From Antedon mediterranea (Eukaryota; Animalia; Echinodermata): a stretch of 64,000 bases of DNA. Below are positions 15,421-27,770 of this stretch, in pieces. The notes beneath the pieces were generated by a model that did not search any database, was not told the DNA's origin, and worked only from the letters and a program-made list of their open reading frames with translations. Each line of letters opens with the position of its first letter. Positions within the stretch are counted from its first letter, which is position 1. Made by a program: the position numbers and the translations under genes. Location: assembly GCF_964355755.1 (NCBI RefSeq), contig NC_092679.1, positions 9,841,432 to 9,905,431 of the forward strand. The letters are read 5' to 3'.

Positions 15421-15903
15421 ATAAATGGTTACTATAGCATTAATAAACATGCGCAATGTCGAATAATGCGTTGCGCATGTCAATTGTTATTTATTATGCT
15501 ATAGTAAGCATTTATGTAAAAAATAAAAAAGTTCAAAATTGGGCATTTTTTGAAAAAAATCCCTGTACTATTACAGGGATTTTTTCACAAAATGGCTAAT
15601 TTTCGTCCCTTTCACTTTTTACATTAAAGATCATGGAACATGGTATTTGATGCATAACGTTTTTTGGCTGATTTGGGTCTGAATATGTTGATTTTATTAG
15701 TACGTTTTTATAAAATAAATTCTATAAGCGTAAATTATGAATTTTTTTATGATTTACATACATTGGAGTTTATATCTCCGAAGTCGAATTTGGAAGCAGG
15801 AAATCCAAGGCGATAAATCGTGACGTCATAAGATGAACACACTGCACTGCCCTGGTCGCGACGCATCTCTCTTATTGTATACAAACTGTACTGTATCGGC
15901 AAG

Positions 15904-16788
15904 ATGTCAACACGTATTGTGTACGATCTCGACAGTTCGGAGTCTGATTTTGAAGAGGAAACTATCCATTATGAATTCGAAATTGATGAAGATGAAGGAG
16001 ACGACGTTATGGATACGCAAGAAAGTGTTATTGAATGCAATTAATTCAACTGTATATGAGAGCCCGATCTCACCGATTCTGAAGGCGAGGCGGACCAACG
16101 CGAAGGCGGCGAAGAACGTCGTAGGGAAATTGATCAGACCAACAATACATGGTCCTAGCTAGGCCTAGGTTTACATTTTCAATTACGGACCCAAACTTTA
16201 GAATGGTTAGTAACAGTCAGTTATACGAATGCATTATTATCGTGTTTTTAAACGCAATAAAAAAATTAGTAAAACTGAAGTTGTTGTGTCGATTAACTAA
16301 AAGGTAGGTAGTACTAGTAGAAAAGTAGGTGATTAATTCGGTTTTAAAATCAGCAACACAAAGGGCCTAGGCTAGTAGTAAGTACTGTGTTGAAAGCCCC
16401 AGCATAATAGTTCAGGTGGGGAGTTGTTCTGCCCTCAAAAAAATAAAGCTTGTGCACCACCTGACTGTAATAATTTGAGATTGCACTATATTCTCTATTG
16501 ATTTGAAAAAAAATTGAACCATTTGAAATTTGCTTTAGAAAAGTCAAATTATAAATTATATAATCTTATAGCACTTTTACAAATGATTTTGTTCTTACAG
16601 TATCGTATTATTATTTCGCAGGGTATGTGAATGATCTCATGTTGGAGGTAATGAGCATTGTTGAAGAGACAGCAGAAGATGTTGATGTTGTTGATGCGCC
16701 ACCCCAACTCTGTTCAGGATTTGAACGCCCCGACAAAGAGACCGCTATTGCCAACCACTTCACAAGATTTCCAAATGTGAACAACTAA
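15904..16788 (+). pseudogene. Kolobok-1 transposase remnant (acidic first exon ~15904-16151 and last exon 16622-16788; core deleted)
   Basis: After the acceptor TTATTTCGCAG the last exon reads YVNDLMLEVMSIVEE...APPQLCSGFERPDKETAIANHFTRF*, a typical Kolobok transposase C-terminus (compare [15 protein letters not shown] in Kolobok-2). The first exon MSTRIVYDLDSSESDFEEE has stops and frameshifts. Confidence 0.7.
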
Positions 16789-17396
16789 GGCAACAATTAT
16801 GCAGTAAATAAATCAGCAGCCAAAACTGGTCCACTGATCAACTTCAAATAAGAAGTATAATACATACTCCAAGAAATGAGATACATTCCATCATGTTATT
16901 TATTATAAATCATTATTTCGTTTTTTTAGTGAAAGATTAAAAGCCATTTGTTTATGTGGATACAGCAGCTCCACAATCCAGAGCCAACAGTTTTATGCAC
17001 AAAATATTCACTTGTGTGCATAATTTTTTAATAAATTGTATCAGAGAAATATATATTTTATTTCTATTTGATCATTTTATTTCTATCAGATACAGTGTAC
17101 AATACTTTCCTTTATGAGGTACAGTAAATAATTGTATGTGGTTAATTGTAATCTCAATACAAGTTGGTGCTAAATGTTTACTCAATCCAATCCAGCAAAC
17201 TGGAAATCATCTTCCATACCTGGTGGTGGGAAGTGGGCTCTTATGCAGGAAACTGCACATGATGGTAAGACTACCCTTAGGTTTCGGCCCAAAAACCCCC
17301 AACACCATCTGGCGAGTTGCCGGTACACAATATGTCTCAGACGTTTATGTTTTGAGGCTTCAACAGGTGCGTCATACTGTTGGCGGTAATGCAGCC

Positions 17397-18918
17397 GGGT
17401 CATTCTTCAGTAAGTGTCTAATTTCAGGTTTATAAAAAATCGATTTTAAAATTTGCATTTTTAAAATTTTAAAAGTTTATTCAGATAAATGAACATGTAT
17501 TACATGGCAAGCATATGTTTGGCGCAATCTTTATTATATATTTCGTATTTTATTCGTATTTATAAATACATGGTTCTATGTTACTGTCATTTCCGTCACA
17601 TTTATGGAATATACAAAGATAGAAAAAATAACGGTTCAGGAATTATAAAATTATTTCCATTATTAATTCTTTTGATATTATATATTATTTTTGTCTCTAT
17701 TAATCAAAAAATGATTGTTTTAACATTTATAAGTATGATTTTATACGTTCAAAACCATTTACTATTCCAAACAATAATAATTTTCAGAAAATAATATGAC
17801 TGTCACTGATGTTTTACAAAATTCTGTTGAACTAATATTACTATCCATTGACATAGTAGAAGAATATTGTTTATATTTCAATATACCACATAATTGCGTT
17901 CATTACTTAAATATTTTAGGATTTAAAAGGATAAAATATCCATGTGACGGAGATGAAACCGTGACGGATATGACGAACCTAAAAAATCATGTGACGGAGA
18001 TGACTTTAAGATATGATTTGATTATGTTTATTGACCAGAGTAACATAGATATACAATGTAATAACATAATAAAGATATACAAAACAAAATGTACAACAAA
18101 AAAAGGCCCTGGCAATAACAAAAAGTCATATCCGTCACGGGCCGTCATCTCCGTCACAACGAAACATTGGGAAATGTGACGGAGCTGACCGTGACGGAGA
18201 TGATGTATTTAGCATTGGACAGCCTAGGATCACATCGTAGGCATGTCTGACAGCGGAGACGGATTGCATACTTCTAGATACCGTAAATAACTTGTACTTC
18301 CAGTTGAAAAAAAACAGAAATTATAATCATTTAATGAGTTCTATACCGTTCGGATATGACATTCAATAAAGGTACGCAGCTGTAATTTTTCTAAAACCTC
18401 GTTTTTTTAGCTTTTTTCTTCTTTTATTGAAAATGATGTGCGGCTAGTTTAATTTAAATATCTTCGTATGTTTACAACGCACAGTCAATTTTTTTATTTA
18501 AATTATGTGACGGAAATGACACAAAACTGCGGGACAAGCTTTTTCCAAACAAAAACTTTAAAGTTTGAGATTTAATGTATGTAGAGATGTATTTCGAAGA
18601 AAATAATCGCATGAAATAATGATTAACTAACTTTTTGCAATATTTTCGATAACAAAAGTCCTGTTATCAAATATATACGGCGATCATAAAATTGAAGATG
18701 TACGATCGGGACATAGGATTATAGGGGGTTGCCTGAAACATTTTTATAAAAATTAACAATATCAATGCAATTATCTTTGTTTTATGTAATTAATTATATT
18801 TACAATAATGTTGATTATGATTAAAGTCAAGAATTTTTATTTTTTAATGATGAATTTTCAGTCTCTATCCCATCAAAGTATCGGGACACGATTTTAGACA
18901 CTTACTGAAGAATGACCC
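17397..18918. mobile_element. Non-autonomous TIR element nested in KolX, Sola2-like (GRG termini, 4-bp TSD)
   Basis: 25-bp TIR GGGTCATTCTTCAGTAAGTGTCTAA at both ends, with TSD AGCC at 17393-17396 and 18919-18922. Removing the element restores the KolX frame. Internal GTGACGGA(G/T/A)ATGA motifs are repeated. The Sola2 call rests only on termini and TSD length. Confidence 0.8.
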
Positions 18919-19141
18919 AGCCATGCAATTTCCAACACATGCAAATTCAAACAGGCAGCAGTGAATCCAGGATGTTCAGTGATGCATATGTAGGCTTCTC
19001 CGTATTGTAAATTGTCTCCAGCCTATGATTAATAAATAATAGGGCCTACTTCCTGGCAACATTGACATTCGCGATACGTGGGTAGCATCTGGCAATGGCC
19101 ACAATCACACTTGTATTATAAAAACAAAAATATTGTGTAAT

Positions 19142-19173
19142 AATATTGTAGCGCTCTAGAGCGCTACAATATT
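19142..19173. repeat. Perfect 32-bp palindrome in the KolX intron
   Basis: AATATTGTAGCGCTCT|AGAGCGCTACAATATT, followed by an L2-tail-like GGGCGCTATATAAA...ATTATTATT. Confidence 0.9.
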
Positions 19174-20434
19174 CTGAGATGTCACAATTTATAGGGCGCT
19201 ATATAAACATTTTTAAAGTTTTAGTGATTATTATTGATTAATTTAATGTATTGTGTGTGAAATAGGAAAATAAATCTGCATCTTGGCTAGCCTAGGGGTG
19301 GGCCTATCTATCTAGGCCTATTTCAAACAACAAAGTACAAATTTGTTAAATAAAATGGTCAGTTTTTGCTTTCTACGATTCAATTTAATCTTTATTTCGT
19401 TAAAAAAATTCAATCTAGGCCCTAGGCTTATAGAGGATAGCCGACCGTCGGCGGTGAGAGGGCTAGCCGCATGAATTGGAGTAAGAAGTAGGGCCTAGGC
19501 CTAGCCTCTAAGCCTAACTAAGCCACAATACACACTGGCATGACGGAAGAATATCGTAGTTATCTACTAGGGAATTGTTAATTATACAATAAAGTTATAC
19601 ATTAATTTTTAATAAAAGAGATAGGCTAGTACTACTAACCAATTTAATAACTGGGTTTGAAGTTGAATATTCTCTGCGTGAATGGTAGGTAGGTGACGGT
19701 CACCGTCGCCATCTTCTGATGATGAAGAATCGTCAGAACTACAATCGGGCTCGTACATGTACGGCCGAATTAATTTCATCGACATTCCATTCAATATTTC
19801 GATTGTTAAACAAAATAGTTTCTCCTTCATTCTCCTCAGTTTGGCATTCCACTATCAATGTTTCCTCTTCTAATTCCTCTGACGAAGAACTGTCAAAATC
19901 ATACGCGATACGTGTTTACATCCAAGTTTGTACAGTACACAGCTCAGGCGCGCGAAAAAGTGTCTTCGTCTCATGACGTAACTATCAGAGGTTACCGGAA
20001 AATGCCGAAAAAAACCGAATAGTCGTGAACTGAGAGCAGTTGCACGAAATAGCAGAAAACACTTTAATTATGTCCTGAAAACTTTTAATTTATTGTCTGT
20101 TTAATATCCATCAAGGGGAACAACTATAATACTACTATTTTGCATAAACATCAAATACCATGTTCCATGATCTTTAATGCTTACTATAGCATAATAAACA
20201 TGCACAGAGTCGAATAATGGGTTCTGTGCATACTTATAGTACAGGGATTTTTTCAAAAAATGGGCAATTTTCGACCCCTTTATTTGTAGACATAAATGGT
20301 TACTATTGCATAATAAACATGCGCAGAGTCGAATAATGGTTCTGCGCATGTTAATGGTGCAATAGTAACCAGTTTTCTCGCAAAAAAGAAAATGTCGAAA
20401 ATTTGAAATTTTTCGAAAAATCTTTGTACTATAC

Positions 20435-21977
20435 AATAGCTTCAAATAGCATTTGGAGACGTTTTAGACCATTTTGTTATTTTCGAAGAAACTTGGTTAC
20501 ACAAAAGCACCAAAGTGCTTAAAATAGCTTCAAATCGCATTTGGAGACATTTTAGACCATTTTGTGATTTTCGAAAAAACTTGTTATCATAAAAACATCA
20601 AAGTGCTTAAAATCACATTAGAAACCGTTTTAGACCATTTTGAGCATTTCGCTAAAACTTTTCACACAAAAACATCATAGAGCACAAAATAGCTTAATAT
20701 CGTATTTAAAAACGTTTTTGACCATTTTGAGCATTTCGACAAAAATTTTTCACACAAAACAGCAAAGTGTACAGAATAGCTTTAAATCGCATTTGGAGAC
20801 GTTTTAGACCATTTTGTGATTTTCGAAAAAACTTGTTAACATAAAAATACCAAAGTGTACAGAATAGCTTCAAATCGCATTTGGAGACGTTTTAGACCAT
20901 TTTGTGTTTTTCGAAAAACTTGTTAACACAAAAACACCAAAGTGCTTAAAATAGCTTCAAATCACATTTGGAGACGTTTTAGACCATTTTGTGATTTTCG
21001 AAAAAACTTGTTAACATAAAAACTTTAAAGTGTACAGAATAGCTTCAAATCGCACTTGGAGACGTTTTCGACCATTTTGTGATTTTCGAAAAAACTTGGT
21101 TCCACAAAAACATCAAAGTGCTTAAAATCACATTAGAAACCGTTTTAGACCATTTTGAGCATTTCGATAAAACTTTTCACAAAAAAACATCAAAGAGCAC
21201 AAAATAGCTTAATATCGTATTTGAAAACGTTTTAGACCATTTTGAGCATTTCGACAAAAAATTTTCACACAAAACACCAAATTGCTTAGAAAAGCTACAA
21301 ATCGCATTTGGAGACGTTTTAGACCATTTTGTGATTTTCGAAAAAACTTCTTAACATAAAAACACCAAAGTGCTTAGAATAGCTTCAAATCGCATTTGGA
21401 GACATTTTAGACCATTTTGTGATTTTCGAAAAAACTTGTTAACACAAAAACACCAAAGTGCTTAGAATAGCTTCAAATCGCATTTGGAGACGTTTTAGAC
21501 CATTTTGTGATTTTCGAAAAAACTTGGTTCCACAAAAACATCAAAGTGCTTAAAATCACATTAGAAACCGTTTTAGATCATTTTGAGCATTTCGATAAAA
21601 CTTTTCACAAAACAACATCAAAGAGCACAAAATAGCTTAATATCGTATTTAAAAACGTTTTAGACCATTTTGAGCATTTCGACAAAAATTTTTCACACAA
21701 AATATCAAATTGTACAGAATAGCTTCAAATGGCATTTGGAGACGTTTTAGACCATTTTGTGATTTTCGAAAAAACTTCTTAACATAAAAACACCAAAGTG
21801 CTAAGAATAGCTTCAAATCGCATTTGGAGACATTTTAGACCATTTTGTGATTTTCGAAAAAACTTGTTACCATAAAAACACCAAAGTGCTTAGTATAGCT
21901 TCAAATCGCATTTGGAGACGTTTTAGACCATTTTGTGATTTTCGAAAAAACTTGTTAACATAAAAACATCAAAGTCC
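20435..21977 (+). repeat. Satellite B, 88-bp unit with interleaved variant units
   Basis: Unit AATAGCTTCAAATCGCATTTGGAGACGTTTTAGACCATTTTGTGATTTTCGAAAAAACTTGTTAACATAAAAACACCAAAGTGCTTAG (e.g. 21378, 21466). Confidence 0.95.
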
Positions 21978-22354
21978 TTAAAGTGGAGGTGTACTCAGGG
22001 CTTTTCCTTCTGTTATTTACTCCAGTATATTAATATTAGTAGGTACAAACATAAAAAATCATATAAAAATAAACAGTTTCTGTGAAATCAGAAAAATAAA
22101 AAAATGTTTAAAAATATCGAAAAATCGCTGTGTATTTTTTTCAGCAGTTAGGTAATCCCCTTAGTTGTAAAGGTCACGTTACCGTGTTATGTTACGTCAC
22201 GTCTCCTCTCTCTCTCTCCTCGATATCGCTCGAGCTGTCAAGTCGCGCTACTACACGTGTATCATTTTCCTCTCATCACACATCCGATCGAACGAACATT
22301 TTATTATTGTCTTGCATTTTGTTATTACTTTTTGCGACTACTCTTAGCTTCAAA

Positions 22355-25300
22355 ATGAAGCACTGTATGGTATATAAGTGCCATAACAAGTCACATAGTG
22401 ATAAGGACGTCAGTTATCATCGCATGCCACTGAAAAACAAGCAATTGATGAAGAAGTGGCTTGAAGCCTTGAAACTTAAAAATCCGCCACAGAACAAAGA
22501 GTCAAGGATCTGCAGTGCCCACTTCGCGGAGGATGCCTTCAAGCTATACGGAGACAAGGGTAGAAAGACGATTCGCCCTGATGCTGTTCCAACACTGCAT
22601 CTTGGCTATAAGATTCAATCGAGGCCGGAATCTTTTCGAACATCTAGCGTCAGCAGGCTTATGCCTAGTACATCATTATTTGAAGAAAATATTGAGGTAT
22701 TTACTTTTATGTTTTGTTTATTAATTATAAATTTATAATATAATAAATAATAATTTCACGCTGATGGTAGGTATCTAATCTACTAGCCTATTTAGTATTA
22801 TAATGGATAGCTAGGGCCTAGGCCTAGCCAGTATAGAATAGTTAATATAGGACTAGCCTATATTATACTATAATACTATACTACTCACTTGTCGGCCAGC
22901 TAGGCCTAATAATATAATACTATAATAATAATGATATTATTATTATTATTATTATTATTATTGATAATAGTACTACTCTAGGCCTAGTACTACTAATACT
23001 ATTCTAGCATTCATAAATATAAATGCTACTGCTGGCTAGACTAGAGAGGGGTAGGTTTCATGGTAGGCCTCTCTTTGATATCAAACACCATGAGAGATGC
23101 TGATCTCTTTTTCTTATGGTTATTATACTATACTCTATGGTTGACCTTGTTAATTACACTAATTAATTGATTAGTCTAATCTCTCTGTTTGAGACAATGG
23201 AAGGGCTGGAAGTGGGATGTGTTAATTATTATCACAGGCAGTATAGCCTATTCTGTGAAACTGTTTACTCTATGCCTTATCATGCACAAGTTGTTTATCA
23301 TTTATTTCATCACAATTATTAGTATTTCAGGTTTTAAAATTGTTTTAATGGGCAAGTGATTTTTGAGATTTAAATAGAACACTTTTATCTGTTTCAGGAA
23401 ATAGAATTTGTTCCAAATGTAACATCTACGCCCACAAAGGCAGTTACAAATGATTCCCTTGATGCTTCTCTTGATGTTACACCACAACACGAAGATGATC
23501 CAAGTTTCCATTTGGTTAGTGGGAGCAGTAGTAGTAGCGACAGTGATGAGGATGTCTGCCAGGTAGAAAAAATTATACAGGCAAACAAGTACATTGTTTT
23601 TGAAGATGAACTACTTAAACTGATAAGGTGCCAAGAGGAAAAGTGTTGTGCACCGGTGCCTGAGCCAAAACAGCACACAGTTGGTAGCATGCTTAGAATA
23701 ACGGGAACATGTTTATCTGGCCATGATTTCTATTGGACATCACAGCCTATGTGTGAAAGCACAAGGCGACCAGCTGGAAACATTGCTATAGCTGCTGCAA
23801 CCCTCCACACTGGCAACACGTATACAACAATGAGTGAAATATTTGAAGAAATAAAGCTTGCGACGATCCATAAAAGTGCATTTTATAAAATTCAACGTGA
23901 GTTTCTTCTTCCAAATATTGAAGAGATGTATGAATCACACATTGAAGATGTCCGGAAAAGTAAGTTCCATTTATAGTATAGTCTTTTCACAATTTTGGTA
24001 AAAATAGTAGTTACTTTACTAAACTGAATTTATTGATATTAAGTTGATAATATTGTCATTTCTGTATAATAAAATAGTATTACTGTAATGTAATGGTAAT
24101 CAAACAAAAAGCAATGCAAAGCCATCCAGAAAACAAATATACTGGACATTATTTAAATGTTGTTTACATACTTTTGTTCCCTAGGATATGACAACCTACA
24201 GGGAAAGCTGATTGTAGCTGGAGACTGTAGGCATGATTCGCCGGGCCATAATGCGACATTTGGGACCTACTCTCTAATGGATACAGATACCGATCTGATA
24301 TTGGCCTCTAAGACGGTATCAGTAAATGAGGAGGGGATACCAAATTCTCATCATCTTGAAAATGTTGGTTTAAAAAGATGTCTTGAAGAATGAAAGGTTT
24401 GAAATCTTGTGTTTTTCTGTGATACAGTAGATGTCATGTTTTCAGTAATTTTTGTTTTGTATAATGTAGAAAATACATACATGTTTATTGTTTTACAGGA
24501 ACACAAACTGAATGTTGATATTATATCCACTGATCGCCACCCAATGATAGAAAAGACTTTACGTGAAAACTACCCAGAGATAAAACATGAGTATGATATA
24601 TGGCACCTTGCTAAATCTGTGAGAAAGAGAGTTGCAGCTGCAGGAAAGAAGCACAAAGAGTTGCAAATGTGGGAAAAAGGCATCATTAACCATCTGTGGT
24701 GGTCAGCCGAAACCTGCCAAGGAAGTGTCACACAGCTCATGGTAGGGATTTATTAATGTAGAATGTTTAATAATTAATCTCAAGCGACAGCAGTTTGTTT
24801 TAATCACTAATAATGCATTCTGAAATATATTTAACAACAGGAACGTTGGACCTCTATTGTGCGTCACATAGTTGACGAACATGATTGGATTTGTGGCTTC
24901 GAGTACATGAAGTGTAGTCATCCTCCACTTGAAGCAAACATGACAAAACCCTGGCTAACACCAGAAAGTGATGCCCATAAAGCACTACAAGATATTGTTA
25001 CAAATAATTTACTTCTGCGTGACTTGAAGAAGGTGAGTTATGCATTATGTATAAATAAATAGCTTTTCAGTATTGTGTGCATTCACTGGAGGTATTATCA
25101 TTAAGATAAATTGAATACAATTTTTAATTTACTGTATTTCTATTCAGGCAACAGAATTTTGTCACACTGGAAATTTAGAAGGATTCCATAACATGATGCT
25201 GAAGTACATGCCCAAACGTAGCAAGTTTGAGCACGAGGGAGCAATAGCTCGTACATATCTGGCTGTCATAGACAACAACATGACATCGAACAGATCATAT

Positions 25301-25659
25301 GCAACATTGGCCGATGGTGAAAGTCAATACCGTTTGGAGTGGTCCAAAAAATCCAGAATGTATGTGGTTAGGCGTGTGAAGGAAGCAAAGAAATATACCT
25401 TCAGGAAAGACTTGATGAAAGGTGTTTTTGACCGCGTCATCCACGGTTAGTTAATTGCTTTTAATCTGAACTCTTCATCATGCAAACATGCAATGAAAGA
25501 ATTTACAGTACTGTATATACACCTTTTTATGTATTTTACTTAACAGGCAAGAAGACTAAGTCTACCCTCGTGAAAGGAAAAATGAAGAGTTATATAAGGA
25601 AGGAGACAAAACCAAGTAAAGCTGAAGCTGTGGCAAGCCACAAGTCAAGATTGAAATAA
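22355..25659 (+). CDS. Kolobok transposase with N-terminal THAP domain, 7 exons (22355-22696, 23398-23959, 24185-24396, 24499-24741, 24841-25032, 25148-25445, 25547-25659); one in-frame TGA at 24391
   Basis: THAP motif C-x4-C...W...ICSAHF...AVPTL. Catalytic motifs [22 protein letters not shown] and [19 protein letters not shown]. All introns are GT-AG and phase-compatible. Confidence 0.88.
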
Positions 25660-26347
25660 GTGTTTACTACTGTTATTACTGTACTGAAAATGGTTAATTT
25701 AATGCCTACAGTATATTGAATCGATTATAGATCTTCAGGATCAATGGCGAGTCCCATTTAAAATTTATACTGCTTTGATGTTATGATTTCATTAGATGGC
25801 ATCTGAATTTCAAAAATTGGATGTTTTGTCACAGTTCATCACATTAATTAGAGCGTGTATCTTGTTATGAATTTTCTCCAAAATTGCATTCTGAAACAAT
25901 TCCCTTTCACATCAAATTGTTTTCATAATAGTTGCACAAAATCCTGTTTACAATGCTAATACTGTACTGTCAACTGTTGAATGGTAGAAATTGCCTTCAG
26001 CTAGAGTAGAGCTAAATATTTTGCACAATAGTTTAACTTGTATCCATAATTGTTGATAGTTTTAATTTAGTGTACTGTAACAAGTTAATTATTGTTAGTC
26101 AATATTTTTGAAAGCACTAATAACTGCAGTTTTTTTTACAAAATAAAGATATTTTTTTTCTCATACTATTCACCATTATTTATTTCATTTTCTTATACAT
26201 ACATTAGTTACGCAGTTATAACTACTACCGGTACAATATCAAACTGTAGTGGTATCATATTACAAGCAAATAATTTTGTAAAAAATACAGTACTGTACAG
26301 GTTATAAAGTACTAGAGGCAAGTGTTAAATGCATACAAACATTTATA

Positions 26348-27179
26348 TCAACCATCGTCGGAATTAAAAGGAAGTCCATCCACATCTATAAATCCTGTAT
26401 AGATCCCACTATCCTCCGGATATTTGTCTCTAATTGCCCATACGCAGCATGATGGAATAGGCCTTCTGTCGTTTTTTCTTAGTCGCGAATACACCCACCA
26501 AATGTAGCATCTATATGCGATAAATCGATAAGTTCTGAAAATAAATAAATTTACAGTCAGCAGTTGGTCAAAATACAACTGGACAGGAACACACAATATG
26601 CAGTACACAGCCACAGTGGAAGGAGAGTATTAACATTGAATTAAATTGCATTAAATGTATTTTGATGACCCTTGCAAATCGTTAAATTTTGCACTGCAAA
26701 TAAAGACTGATATTTTGCTCGGAAATTTTAGATTTTTAAGCCCTATCGAGCGGCCGTACTAGACCTACATACAATTATTACTAGCTAGGCCGGCGTACCT
26801 ACCTGTTCTTAATTTCATCTTGTGTCACGCTCTCGCCAAGAATGTCCTTTTTTGAGACAGAAACCAGCTCTAATACATCCTTGTCCATGCAAAGTTTTTT
26901 AAATTTCTCATTTATCAAACAGGTATTTTCTCCAATTTTGTCTTTTAATTCTACCCTCTCTCTACAACAAACGCTCCCCTTTACATTCTTCATTAAACAG
27001 CAATTTCCACAATGACACCAATCAAGCGAGGTTAATCTCCATTCGTCTCTCTGTTGCTGGGGCCTAGGCCTAGGCTGATTTACATCTTCGCCGTCGGCAG
27101 TTTGAGATGTTTGTATGGGCCTAGGTTCTGGTTCAAATGCATAACCATGTCTTTCAGGTCTAGGCCTACGATTAAACAT
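26348..27179 (-). CDS. KolX / P2X7 C-terminal-like Cys-rich accessory protein, 2 exons (27179-26803, 26534-26348), apparently intact
   Basis: GYAFEP, WCHCGNCCLM...VCCRE, then spliced RTYRFIAYRCYIWWVYSRLRKNDRRPIPSCCVWAIRDKYP...YTGF. The intron is GT-AG and phase 2. Confidence 0.9.
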
Positions 27180-27770
27180 TGCCGTTTGATCCGTCTATCC
27201 ACGCAATAACCATGCAAAACAATCTTAATCTTAGACTTATTATTCGTATCCTAGTTTATCGAGTCGAGAAGAGATCGATCGAGTCGAGCGCGAGGAGGAT
27301 CGGCGGAGGCGGCGAGGAGAGGCGAGTAAAGAAAACCAACAGCTCGCGCATGCGCAAATTGATTGACTCCCTAGAAAGTAAAAATTACCCACTTGGCTCA
27401 AGTGGGTAGTTTTTTTTAATTACGTTAATTACGCAAAAATAAATTGGTCAACCCCTAAAAAACACATCGGGAATGAAAAATTTGGCTTCCGAAGAATCTG
27501 AAAACATATATGTATAATATTTTTGGAACTTACATATATTTTTTACGATTTTTTTAAAACGCATCGTTTTTTTTCAATTTACATGCAAATGAATAGGGAA
27601 AAGGTTTGTAATTTGAACTATCCCCCCAGATGGCATTTTTTGATGTTTTTCAGAATAACCATGCAGCATACAACAAATTTAAAAAATACCTTAATTTAGA
27701 TGAAAGTAATGTTTATTATGAACTGAATAAAATAAAAATGTGAAATTTTTTTAGAGCACCTCCACTTTAA

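Larger units (their letters stand above)
17182..19921 (-). pseudogene. Kolobok-1 KolX (P2X7 C-terminal-like Cys-rich protein) pseudogene, interrupted by a nested element
   Basis: Exon 1 (19921-19640) reads ...LIRPYMYEPD...LLNW. It continues CDCGHCQMLPTYRECQCCQE...CITEHPGFTAACLNLHVLEIAWL (19110-18919) and resumes at 17396 as HYRQQY...RHIVYRQLARWCWGFLGRNLRVVLPSCAVSCIRAHFP. Stops, a frameshift and a mutated acceptor are present. Confidence 0.88.
15628..20173 (+). mobile_element. Kolobok-type DNA transposon, internally deleted and decayed (Kolobok-1)
   Basis: Perfect 25-bp TIR AGATCATGGAACATGGTATTTGATG at 15628 and its reverse complement ending at 20173. TTAA lies on both sides (15624-15627, 20174-20177) and the termini are RR...YY. 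It holds convergent transposase and KolX remnants. An empty site is visible at ~57531-57560. Confidence 0.92.
21982..27766 (+). mobile_element. Near-intact Kolobok DNA transposon (Kolobok-2)
   Basis: TTAA TSD (21978-21981, 27767-27770) within satellite B. 10-bp TIR AGTGGAGGTG/CACCTCCACT. Convergent THAP-DDE transposase and KolX genes. Confidence 0.93.

Noticed and set aside
17489-18179. ORFs 17489-17794 and 17796-18179
   Set aside because: AT-rich, low-information translations inside a non-autonomous element, with no transposase motifs.
20101-20445. Duplicated ORF MKLLYST... (also 57513-57812)
   Set aside because: It has a non-ATG start and spans the hairpin junction and a transposon end. 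The similarity reflects the segmental duplication.
22130-22354. N-terminal extension of the THAP ORF
   Set aside because: It begins at a non-ATG codon in the promoter/UTR. THAP domains are N-terminal, so ATG 22355 is the likely start.
24391-24393. Selenocysteine or programmed readthrough at the in-frame TGA
   Set aside because: The position is not Cys-like and no SECIS was recognised. A simple nonsense mutation is more parsimonious.
26348-27179. Host P2X7 purinoceptor gene
   Set aside because: Only the Cys-rich cytoplasmic-type domain is present, with no TM or ectodomain. It lies within Kolobok TIRs, convergent to the transposase.
15628-27766. piggyBac classification because of TTAA TSDs
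   Set aside because: Termini are AG...CT rather than CC...GG, and the proteins have Kolobok motifs plus KolX.
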